Shown one piece after another: positions 53,222 through 64,000 of a stretch of DNA of 64,000 nucleotides. Location: contig OX597824.1 in NCBI GenBank assembly GCA_951406725.2, forward strand, positions 13,392,001 through 13,456,000, given 5' to 3'. The notes under the pieces were generated by a model, which saw only the letters and a program-made list of their open reading frames with translations, did not search any database and was not told where the DNA came from. The DNA comes from Octopus vulgaris. Its lineage: Eukaryota. Made by a program: the position numbers and the translations under genes. Position 1 is the stretch's first letter. Every line of letters starts with the position of its first letter.

Positions 53222-53476
53222 AAAACAAATAATATATGCGCCCTTTTAAACCCTAGCCAGTATCATGGGTCCGGTTTCCCAGTTTCCATGACGTGTGTGT
53301 TCGCCAGCGGGATGAGACGTCAGTCCATCGCAGCGTTACTCATTTTAGCCAGCTGAGTGGACTGGAGCAACGTGAAATGAAGTGTTTTGCTCAAGAACAC
53401 AACGCGTCGCCATGTCAAGGAATCGAAACCGCAATCTTACTATCACGATGCTGACACACTAAGCCACGCGCCTCCA
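53222..53476 (-). mobile_element. SINE family D
   Basis: Matches 1165-1415; TSD cacagtaata. Confidence 0.88.
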
Positions 53477-53675
53477 TTCATCACAGTAATAACGTAATAT
53501 AAATGAAATGCCAAATATTTTGGTACGTGGCGTTGGGCCCACCTCATGTTCACACATTCAAATACAACATATACACACATCCAGCAACCCAATAAAAAAA
53601 AAAAGAAACTTGTAAAATTCAATGGCCGTTGGCACTCCTGAGCCCTCTGATATGTTTTGCTTCTCACCCCCACAG

Positions 53676-53756
53676 GGTGGCAAAACTTCTTCCTTCTCAC
53701 CAAGTTGGCTTACTAGCTATGCCGGTTTAGTCACTGGCGACGCAACCATGCAACAG
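53676..53756 (+). CDS. Candidate 81-nt symmetric exon (GGKTSSFSPSWLTSYAGLVTGDATMQQ)
   Basis: tttgcttctcacccccacAG acceptor, CAG|GTTGTA donor, open only in phase 0; no recognised homology. Confidence 0.3.
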
Positions 53757-53999
53757 GTTGTACTGATTTACGCGGAACCTGTAGCAATCATAGCCGACTT
53801 GACGTGTACACACGCACACACATACACACAAACATACACTCGCACGCACGAATCTCTCTCATATAGGTATGTATATATATATATATATGCGTGTGTCGCA
53901 GATATACATAATTGGACTGTTACCTTAACATCCACTTGAACCCTAGAGCGAAACCTATTGGTAACATCGGCTGTAATGGATTATTATACCGTACACTTC

Positions 54000-54056
<57 letters not shown>

Positions 54057-54569
54057 CCACGCACACACAAACATATGTATAATTTTCTGTAAGAATCTAG
54101 ATATTGTTACATAGACACAAAAGTAGGCCAGGGAGGACGCGACAGAAAAATGACGTCTTCAGAGGACTGCCACTTAAAAAAAAGATATAAGTAAGTATAT
54201 TTAGTACAGATGCTGATAAGTAGGTGCAGCCACAAAGGTGTACATGTGATCAACTTTCTTCTATAAAAGGTAATATTACTGAGTGAAGAGGAGTGTAATC
54301 AAATATAGAAGACGGGGGAGTTGGGGAGGGTGACGACAGAGAGAGAGAGAGAGAGAAAGGGAGGGAGAAAGAAGATATGAGATTGGCAGGGCGGGAGGAA
54401 GAAAAGTTAGAAGCATAAAGATAGAATATGAAGGTGAAAAAGGGTGAGGTGAAGGGAAGAAAAATACGCGGGAATGAAACGGATGTGCGGCTAGCATAGA
54501 AAGGAGAGGGAGGAGTGGATAAAAGAAAAGATAGGGGAGAAGTGTGAGACAAAGACAAGAAAGGACAAC

Positions 54570-54607
<38 letters not shown>

Positions 54608-54726
54608 GAGAATGAAGGTAAGAGACAGGGATGGACTTCCAGCATTCAATAATGCATACCTACTTCTACACATACACACACACACACGTGTGTGTGTGTG
54701 TGTGTATGTTTGTGTGTGTTTGTGTG

Positions 54727-54782
<56 letters not shown>
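54570..54782. repeat. (GA)n, (CA)n and (TG)n microsatellites
   Basis: Direct reading. Confidence 0.9.
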
Positions 54783-54784
<2 letters not shown>

Positions 54785-55410
54785 AACTATTGTGAAATAT
54801 ATTCGGAATTAGATAATTACGTAGCTTGTATAAATATAGAAAACTATTACAGAGCTAGACATTTAAATAATATTGAATTCATCCTGGTTGGATTTGGGTC
54901 AGCGGGCATGACTCATCTTTGAACGACTATTCCTCATTAAAAGTCTCTATAAATCTCTTAACATGGGAAAGCAGGAAAGTGCTGTGTCTCACCAATATAA
55001 ACCAGACCGTTTCTTTAACAATAACTGTAATGAAAAAATTGCATCACATTATCAAAACAAATATATCGATATCGATGTAGACTTTAAGAATCTTATACTA
55101 GAGTTAATAATGGTGTCTTGGAGAACCTGTGAGCTTTCCGAACAAGCCAGTTTATGAATTCTTATAAACTTATTGATGTTTCACCGTCTTTGAGCTACTG
55201 TTGATCTATTCAGTTAGAGAGGAGACATTATTGAAATAAATAGAAGAAGATTCCAGAAAAAGCAAACAAAGGATATTAACGTCTGAGGAAACATGTTATC
55301 GTCTGCCATAGCAGACAGTGAAACAATACGTAATAATATACCTAATATAGGTTAGTTAACACGACGAGACATTAGTTTAGATGTTTACAGCTGTACTACG
55401 TAGAAAAATT

Positions 55411-55793
55411 TGGAGGCGCAATGGCCCAGTGGTTAGCGCAGCGGATTCGCGGTCGTAGGATCGCGGTTTCGATTCCCAGACCGGGCGTTGTGAGTGTTTA
55501 TTGAGCGAAAATACCTAAAGCTCCACGAGGCTCCGGCAAAGGATGGTGGTGAACCCTGCTGTACTCTTTCACTACAACTTTCTCTCACTCTTACTTCCTG
55601 TTTCTGTTGTACCTGTATTTCAAAGGGCCGGCCTTGTCACTCTCTGTGTCACGCTGAATATCCCCTAGAACTACGTTAAGGGTACACGTGTCTGTGGAAG
55701 TGCTCAGCCACTTACACGTTAATTTCACGAGCAGGCTGTTCCGTTGATCGGATCAACCGGAACCCTCGTCGTCGTAACCGACGGAGTGCTTCC
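55411..55793 (+). mobile_element. SINE family C, full length
   Basis: tRNA-like head; TSD acgtagaaaaatt. Confidence 0.93.
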
Positions 55794-55904
55794 ACACGTA
55801 GAAAAATTAATATAGTTAAGTTGGAATAAATTGTTTTGTTTTGACAATGCTCTGTTAGAAAGACTGTAGGTAAGAATGCCTTACGTTAGGTGTTCTGATT
55901 TAAG

Positions 55905-56190
55905 GGAACGCACTAGCAGAATCGTTAGTACACCAGAAAAAATGTTTGGCAACGGTTGTTTCGGTTTTACGACCTGAGTTCAAATGCCGTTGAAGTCAAC
56001 TTTTCATCCTTTCGGGATCGATATAAAATGTATGAACTGAGGGCGGTTGATTGATTGAGTTGTTAGAAGGTCGGATAGTTATGACGCCGGACAAAGTGTT
56101 TTACTACAGTTATTCCGGTTTTACGTTCTAAGTTCAAATTTCACCAAAGTCAACTTCGCTTTTCATCCCTTCGGGGTCGATAGAAAGTGT
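55905..56190 (+). mobile_element. Two tandem decayed family A SINE 5' halves
   Basis: ttccggttttacg...gttcaaat...aagtcaact...ttcatcc.ttcggg.tcgata occurs twice. Confidence 0.7.
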
Positions 56191-56260
56191 ACGAACACAG
56201 TGTGGTTGTTCACCAAGAAATTGTGGAACCCTCATACGCCGTCTAACGACGAGAGAGTCC

Positions 56261-56320
<60 letters not shown>

Positions 56321-57801
56321 GTGTGTGTGTGTGTTGTGCTTGGTTTAGGGGTTATGATGTTAGGATCATAAAATCGCAGGCTCGGTTGTTTCACAGGATA
56401 GAGCTTTGTGCCCTTAATGCATAACACAGAAGAATGTGCTGATTCAGTGTTTTCCCGCCACAGTTTACACTTCTTGGTTCAGTCGAGAAGTTGCCAATAT
56501 TTGCTCGCGATGACATAATTACGTATACCAATTACTAACTATTAACTTTCAATCTTTTACATCAGTAATCTCCATTTAATATGTTCAATTCTAAGACTTG
56601 TGCAATAATCTTGATTCACGCAACTGAAATTTCTCTGGACGAATTGACATATAATATTTTAGTTAAAATTTGATACTTGTTTGGCTTTGTTAGTTAGAAA
56701 ACGAAATAAAGAACATGTATTGTGTTGTTTCGCTGCACCAACCTAATCACCATGACTCATTCCTTCAAGTTTTGCTTTAGTTATGCTTAAATTTGACCTC
56801 GGTTTGCAAGTTCGTCTATTAGTTAAATAGTCTGCTTGAAGGACTTTGAATGCACCTGTCACAAATACAACTAATTACGCATGGTATGGAATAGAGAATG
56901 AAGCGAGAGCTACTGAGATTATTAAATTTCAGTTTTATAGCTTGTTGAGAAGAATTTTCACACTTAAACTTTTACAGTTATAAAAATTTGAAAATGTATT
57001 CGTCTCGGTGAAAAACGTATGACGCCAATATTTTAATTCACCGAAGACGCCAAATTATAGTGACTCTGGCGTCGAAGGAAAACTATCGCAAAAATAACAA
57101 ACTACATCAGGGGAGATGGAGACTCATACATATGCATGCTAATACTAAAGAAGTACAAAAGGCAAAACAAGGGTATGAGACAATTAAATATCTAATATTA
57201 CTAAATGTCAGTTGAAAATTACCACATTAAGTCACTCCATATCTATTTCTTCGTCATAGATATTAAAGTATCAGTTTTCTCCAGGATACGTCGTAAATTT
57301 GTTGGACGAAGGAAGTTAGCTATCAAGATTCGTGCTAGCTGATACTATCTTTGCTCCCATGCATGTGAGTAATATTACATCAGTATCACAGCTTCTTGCT
57401 ATATCAACCACTGACTGATAGTTTGAAACAGCTGTAAAGTGAAAACTTATACCATGTACATTGAACAACATACAAATTCTAATATAAATACTAACTTTAC
57501 ACATGTACTTGTTTGTCAGTCATTCGTCTTCGATTTACGAATGACTGCTGTTCTTCTAGCAAATGCTTCTACCTATGGACTACTTCACTCTGATGAATCC
57601 GAGTTATCTAAACTCATGAATCCGAGTTATCTAAACTCTACTTGATTACTATCTGATTCCACGCTGATGCAAGCATTTTTCACCCACTGTATGTATACAC
57701 ACATTCTCACACACACACATTTACGCATGCATATACATACATATATACATACATACATACATACATGCATATATACATGCATGCATACATACATACATAC
57801 A

Positions 57802-57833
<32 letters not shown>

Positions 57834-58240
57834 AGTAAATATATGTGCATGTATGTATAAGTATTTGCGCGTGTGACTGTGTGTGTCTGGAGGTATTTAT
57901 AAAGGGTTTGAGTTGATCATTCCACTTGTTTCTCTATCGCATCTGTAATCACATACCACCTGACCATCATGCTGAACAATTTGGAACTAATGCCCTGTCG
58001 TTTCTTGTGGAAGGGCAGAGGACCGCTTGTAAAGCGTCCTATCGGCTGCCACTTTTATCTCGAAAGCAAGGTAGCCAACTGCGACCATGTTGGGGCACTA
58101 CCTTCAAGACTTTGTAATTGAATGAATCGACCCCAATACATTCTTTTAAGAGTGGCACCTATTTTATTGGACTCTTTTGCTGAAACGCCAAGTCATGGAC
58201 GGAAACACACTTTGTTCGACAAGTCCTAAAAGCCCCTTGG

Positions 58241-58580
58241 TATATTATAATGAAATGAATAACAGCAGACGATTGTTAACTGTCATTCATTACAGCTGTT
58301 TCAAACGCAATTTTAACAGATGAATGAGAACATTACTCCATTACAAAAAACCGTAATCATCAGATGAAACGCAATTTTACATAATTATTTTCGACAGACT
58401 TCAGGCACATCTCTACTGTATTCTTGGAATATTCTTTTCTTTCTGAAATTACGTTTCATCTGATGATTGCGATTTTTTGTAATGAACTCATGTTCTCATA
58501 CTTCTATTTTAAAAATGCGTAAGAAATATCTGTAATGAGCTGACAATTATCTATCGTCTGTGATTATTCATTTGAATATA
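58241..58580. mobile_element. Old fold-back element, family H6, hammerhead motif in each arm
   Basis: Arms ~58241-58378 and 58446-58580; minus 58287-58367 tcat-CTGATGA-ttacg[..]cgttt-GAAAC-agct-GTA-atga; plus 58456-58538 tcat-CTGATGA-ttgcg[..]cgtaa-GAAA-tatct-GTA-atga. Confidence 0.72.
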
Positions 58581-58680
58581 TATATATATATATTCTTTTA
58601 TCGTAATTAGATTAAAAAAACGTAAAGCTGAGTAGACTTTAGAACATTTCTTGATAGGTCTTACAGCTGTTTCCAGAGAT

Positions 58681-58821
58681 GCAGCACAGAATTTTGTCAG
58701 TGAACAGATCGCGGTCTCAAAGCAACAAAAATATTTTGACAAATTAAATTTTGATTTTGAAATGAATCTAACGGATTTTGTGTTTCTTAAATGGCTTATA
58801 AATACCTTCCACGCTGCAATT

Positions 58822-58825
<4 letters not shown>
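58681..58825 (+). mobile_element. Family H2 monomer with decayed G3:C8 hammerhead
   Basis: tttgtca-GTGAACA-gatcgc..gcaac-aaa-aatatt-t-tgacaaa; 7-bp stem I; G12 lost. Confidence 0.72.
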
Positions 58826-58851
<26 letters not shown>

Positions 58852-58855
<4 letters not shown>

Positions 58856-59276
58856 GTTGCACAAAATAATGGAAACACCTTAAAATTTCAAACGAATTTT
58901 TATTTAATATAGGGTAGGACCGCCTTTGGCAGTAATTACAGCTTGAATTCTACGAGCTATTGACTCGTACAAACTTTGAATTGTTTCCAAAGTAATTTGT
59001 GACCATTATTCAGCTAAAACAGTCTCAAGTTCTTGTAGTGAGGATGGTGGAAGATATCGACTCCTTAGTCTTTTTTTCTAAAATGCACCATAAATGTTCA
59101 ATAATATTGAGATCTGGGGACTGTGGTGACCAGATAAGATGTTCAACGTCACTAGAATGTTCTACGTGTCATTCAGTAACAACTTTAGCTGTGTGAATTG
59201 GTATATTATCATTCTGAAAGATCGCGTTTCCCTCTCGAAACAGTTCCGCGACCATAGGATGAATTTGATCGCAGAT
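58852..59276 (-). pseudogene. Tc1-family DNA transposon 3' fragment (transposase remnant plus TIR), D36E spacing
   Basis: Minus translation ...NAIFQNDNIPIHTAKVVTE*HVEHSSDVEHLIWSPQSPDLNIIEHLW...(frameshift)...SIARRIQAVITAKGGPTLY*; TIR ggggttgcacaaaataatggaaacacc abuts TA. Confidence 0.93.
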
Positions 59277-59315
59277 TGTGATTTTCATTCATGGAACAGA
59301 TGATGCATTGTATTC

Positions 59316-59455
59316 TTCAGCAAAACACTTCATTTCATGTTGCTCCAATCTAGGGAAGGCTACAGACATCAGAGGAACCGAGAAACTGGCCCCCACGCTT
59401 CTTACAGCCCTACACTTGTTATGGCCCCATGCGTCTTACGGCCCTGCGCTTCTCA
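59316..59455 (+). mobile_element. SINE family D fragment with short tandem-duplicated tail
   Basis: cagcaaaacacttcatttcatgttgctcca; ggccccacgcttcttacagccct / ggccccatgcgtcttacggccct. Confidence 0.55.
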
Positions 59456-59487
59456 CGGAGTAATGTGGACTAACCATATATATATAT

Positions 59488-59687
59488 TGATAAAAATGGT
59501 AAGACAGCAAAATAATGAAAGAGACTTCGATATTATGTAAATAGAGGAATTTATCTGTAAAAGTAATATGTGGCAATTATTCGGTAGCCATGATAAAACT
59601 CCGAGTTTCGGATGCCGAAGCCATGGATTTCAACCTCGGCATCCGAAACTCGGAGTTTTATCATGGCTACCGAATAATTGTCACATA

Positions 59688-59690
<3 letters not shown>
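59488..59690. mobile_element. Fold-back family H1 copy, truncated inside hammerhead stem II
   Basis: 55-bp arms 59564-59618 and 59636-59690 with 1 mismatch; TA tracts on both sides. Confidence 0.8.
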
Positions 59691-59734
<44 letters not shown>

Positions 59735-60392
59735 GTGTGTATGTCTTAGCTTATCTATATATGCATATAATATTGTGCATAAATATTCTCTGTTTCTCTC
59801 TATCTTTATAGATAGATAGATGTGTTTGTAACTCCTGTAGTAGTACAAAGGTAATTCTTATTTATTCTCCCAGCACCTCTTTGTTTCTCAATGACATAAC
59901 CATCGAGCTTTAAAGTGTGTTGTGATAAAGCCTACTTAGTAAGGCATCCGGATTTCATGCTAGAACTTTGTAGTTCGTTGTTCATTATTAACAAGCAAAC
60001 ACTACTAGTTATGGTAAAAAAAAAAAATCAAACAAAACGAAAAGAAAGACAGACACAAACATTGAACAAAATAACTTTGAATTCAAAGAGTGACAAATAA
60101 TCGAAACAAAAATGTAATAACGAAAACAGCAGAACTGAAGTTTCTAGTTAGGAAAATAATTGATGTTGAACAATATGCTGAATATTAGATTTATAGTAAT
60201 CAAATGATGGGTGTTAATCTCAAATCAATAATGCATTAACTTCCTAAAAGCATTCTAGCATTCTAAAGTGCTTTCGACACTTCCCTTTTATTTCAAATAA
60301 CTCTGTTATGTAGGGTTTCTGTGTAACGGATCCGCCGGCTATTTCTCCCATTTAGATTATATGGCGTTATTATATTTATTTTATTTTTTCAG

Positions 60393-60464
60393 AGGACGTT
60401 TGACCTAAACTTCAAACTGTTCGGGAGATATGTTACACTTCAGAGACAAACAAGTGAATCATAA
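60393..60464 (+). CDS. Candidate terminal exon (RTFDLNFKLFGRYVTLQRQTSES*)
   Basis: Strong tttattttattttttcAG acceptor; phase 0 compatible with 53676-53756; U-rich, repeat-poor sequence downstream. Confidence 0.27.
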   Translation, partial: RTFDLNFKLFGRYVTLQRQTSES

Positions 60465-61598
60465 CAAAAATTATAGCTACCCTCTTTCTTTTTTTATTAT
60501 TATCATTATTCCTGCTGTTGTTGTTGTATTTGTTTTTGTAGACTGTGTTTTTGTGATGAACGGGCGTGTGTAATATGGTTTTGGGAAAGAATTGTTAAAT
60601 TTGATAGAGAGCAAGTTTTCTATTTTTTCTTTTCAGTTTCTCAGTTTTGCAACAAAGGACATTAGAATGTTTGAGCGTCTACCCAATTTACTTGGGGTGG
60701 AAAGGATAACATTTGTTCTTGAACAGTTTAAATATTTTATATTTTTGTAAACTTTTTTTTTATTCACAATTTAATTTGGCATCTTCTGGTGGAAGAGTAA
60801 GAGGTTCTAACTACAAACGTGGAAATAACGAATCTGCTTCCAATTTTTGAAAATTTTGTAATGATATCACTGATTTAAATATAAAAAATAAGCTCAACAG
60901 AAAATGTCAGCAGCACAGAGAGATATGCATAGAAGCATAAATATTAACACTTTAACCTGCACGAGTGTGAAACTGCGAACTTTTGAGAACAAATGCAGCA
61001 GCAGCTGCTTGTTGTTTGTGGGCGTTGGTAGACAGACAGAATTTTAAACATGAGTCAGCTAAGACTGTATCTTTTTGCTCCGTGATTTTGTCGACAAAAG
61101 ATCACGAAAGAAAGTAAGTCATTTCTCAATTGATCGAAATAGGATATACGTCTTTGTATGCGTGTTCTTTATGACTAAGGACGAATTGAGAAAGCAGATA
61201 AAACTGGTGTACTTCACACGTACTGAGAAGCTGCTGCACCAATAAATGGTGAAACGAAGTTTTGTTCATATCTGTTGACAATGGCATGATCTTTGGCTCA
61301 TTTTCACCTCTGTTGTAGAGGCCCATGTTGAGCGGCTATTGCAGAGGCCGATGTTGAGCGTCGGAAAACTTGCATACATTTCGTAGAACATGTTCCGCAT
61401 GCTTAAATCCATTCAAATTTTACCATCCATGGCCACAACCCACAGGGATTATACTGACTCCAAATTTAGTTTGATAATTTAATAACATTTTATAGTAGAA
61501 AATGCAAAGTTTATTGAGTATTTGGGGATGCAACAACTACACCGATTCCACTATCATTTAAAATGATATACGTATCCACTTCTTCCTCCTTCGCCAAT

Positions 61599-61886
61599 GT
61601 GAAGGCGCATGGCTCAGTGGTTAGAGCGTCAATGTTCAGAGGTAGTGAGTTCGATTCCCGGACAGGGTTGTGAGTTATGTTCTTGAGCAAGACTCTTTAT
61701 TTCACGTTGCTCCAGTTCACTCAGCTGGAGAAATGAATCACTGATGCCAAGCTGTATTTGCCTTTGCCTTTCTCTTGGATATCATCAGTGGCGTGGAAAT
61801 GAGCGGCTGGTGTGCATGAGGGACTGCTTCTCTTTCATAAAAAACCTTGCTCGGACATGTGGCTTGGAGGAGAACTTTCTAGGTTC
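61599..61886 (+). mobile_element. SINE family D-related (different 3' part)
   Basis: gtgaaggcgcatggctcagtggttagagcg...gagttcgattccc...ttcttgagcaag...ttgctccagttcactcagctg. Confidence 0.82.
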
Positions 61887-63042
61887 ACACCAAGATCTTT
61901 ATCCGCCTTCATCTTCATTATATCATCACCATATATCTATGTTCGATGCATCCAGTAGTCGGAGAGGCTCTCTGGACGTTATTAGTCAACAGTCAATACT
62001 GATGATTGTCCTCCGTGTTAGACAAAAAAACAAGCCACAGAGTTGTGATTCTCTCTCTCACTCTCTCACGTCTTACATATACACGCACATGCAAATTATA
62101 TAAATACGTACACAAACACAGATATATTTGTATTTAATAGGGTTCTCCAAGATTTCATTTTGCGAATTTTTTCTCATAAAGTTTTTCCGATACAAAGCTC
62201 TAATACAATAAAAAACTTGCCTTAGTGAGATCGAATCCAGAACGAAGTTGTTGCGAAGCCAACTACTTAACCATACATCGTCAAGGCTACAAATACAAAC
62301 TATTCCTATTTCATTATTAATTGTTCAGCGTGATCAGCTTTTGGAATTGTATTGTTCGTAATGTGGCACCATATTGAGATACAAATACTGCTAGACTGTC
62401 GCTAATGTTTTTACAATCTTCATCGTGGTCGGCAGCGGCGTTGTAGTAGTCTCATTATTTTCAGATTTATTCTTGAATTATTTATATAGTGTCAGATTTG
62501 CTTTTAAGATTATTACTTTAACAGCTTTTTAGATTTACCGTTTCTATACACACAGAAAATGTCCATTTATATTGATGTCTTCAGGTAAAAAATGAAATAA
62601 TTCAATTCTTTTATTAGAAAATACCTAAGTAAAATAATATATATTAAACAAAATAGACTGACAATAATACATAAGAACAGAGCAAAATTAAATTTTTGAG
62701 AACTTGTCCTAAATAAAGTGATTCTGTAAAATATTACAAATTGTTACAATTACTATTTCTTAGACATTCAAAGATCACAAAATGTATAGGGAAGTGGAAA
62801 GAGGGACGACGAGATAATCATACGTTTCCCAAGAATATAAACTCGGTGAGTCAAGATTATATGCATAATTGGGAATGATATATTTGTCTATAATGAATGG
62901 AGAGATTTTTCTGCACATATAAAGTTGAACTAGACATAATATCGTTTTTTTTTGTTAAGTCTTCCAAGATAGGGGAAGAAATGGAGAATTCATTTTAACC
63001 TAAGCTTTAAAAGCTTTGAAAGGCAGAGGTCACAGGCAAAAT

Positions 63043-63077
<35 letters not shown>

Positions 63078-63119
63078 GTACACGAATATATCTTTGCTTT
63101 CTATTTGACTCAATCATAG

Positions 63120-63385
63120 GACGGCGACAATCGCTCTGTTTCTGGAGCGATTGGGGACAAACACAGACACTACGACACACTCACACACGTATACACATAT
63201 ATAATACAAATATAATATGTACATATGTATATACGATGGGCTTCCACACAGTTTCCGTTTACTAATTTAACTGACAAAGCATTGGTCGTCTCGCGGCTGT
63301 TGCAGAAGGCATTTGCCCAAGGTTCCGAGGAGTGGGGCTGAAAGCGAAAACTTTCTTTTGCAAAGTGAGCTTCTTAGACACACAT
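63120..63385 (-). mobile_element. SINE family B, decayed
   Basis: ggggacaaacacagacac...gggcttccacacagtttccgt...atttgcccaagg. Confidence 0.72.
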
Positions 63386-63874
63386 CAGCAAAACTAGGAG
63401 ATAAAATTACTGAATACACGAAATCAATTTAAAATTGTATTGATATGCTCTGAAGTATAAAATTAGGGTAATACAATTTCAACCTATAGAGCAGTGCCTC
63501 CCATGGCGGGGATTACTTTAGAAACAAGCGTGAGTAAGAAACAATAAAGCTGGAAAATTGTTTTTAATAACTTCTTTGGATATGTGTATGTATAAAATCT
63601 TAGGGCGTGGGAAAAAATTGACAAAAGCTATTTTAAAGAGATAATATAGATTTAATAGACGTAACTCGATTTCTATACGAGTGACATTCAGGCCATTACA
63701 TATCACACAGTAACCTGTGAAATAGAAAGCAAAGATATATGTGTGTATACACAGTAACCTGAATCGAAACAGATGCAGTAGAAAAAAAAATTTAAACTGC
63801 TATTTGGGAAAATTAATAAAAAAGAAAGGATAGTTTGTTCCATAACGTGTGCTACTAGGTTTATAGTGGATGGT

Positions 63875-64000
63875 GGAAGCACTCCGTCGGTTACGACGAT
63901 GAGGGTTCCGGTTGATCCGATCAACGGAACAGCCTGCTCGTGAAATTAACGTGTAAGTGGCTGAGCACTCTACAGACACAAGGCCGGCCCTTTGAAATAC
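63875..64000 (-). mobile_element. SINE family C 3' part (runs off the window)
   Basis: ggaagcactccgtcggttacgacgatgagggttccgg identical to 13320. Confidence 0.92.

Noticed and set aside
61120-61420. Coding-like composition
   Set aside because: Stops in all plus frames and no recognisable product

Overview
AT-rich, microsatellite-dense eukaryotic DNA with no long intact ORF. The SINE repertoire points to an octopus or other cephalopod genome (inference from recalled families, not a search). Most ORF-track entries are microsatellite or SINE artefacts. The window holds about 40 copies of four tRNA-headed SINE families, an older dispersed repeat, MITEs, a Helitron-type 3' end and a Tc1 transposase remnant with D36E spacing. 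The main signal is a set of short non-coding elements, mostly in (TA)n tracts and often folded back as long inverted repeats. At least six sequence-unrelated families occur, most carrying minimal type-I hammerhead ribozyme motifs (CUGANGA-stem II-GAAA-palindromic stem III). One family has a compensatory G3:C8 core and two have very long stem II inserts. They resemble pLTR remnants or non-autonomous derivatives of Penelope-like retroelements. Also present are several kb-scale local copying events, a 123-bp direct repeat around a SINE dimer, and a tentative phase-consistent small-exon gene on the minus strand (38.7-41.9 kb).
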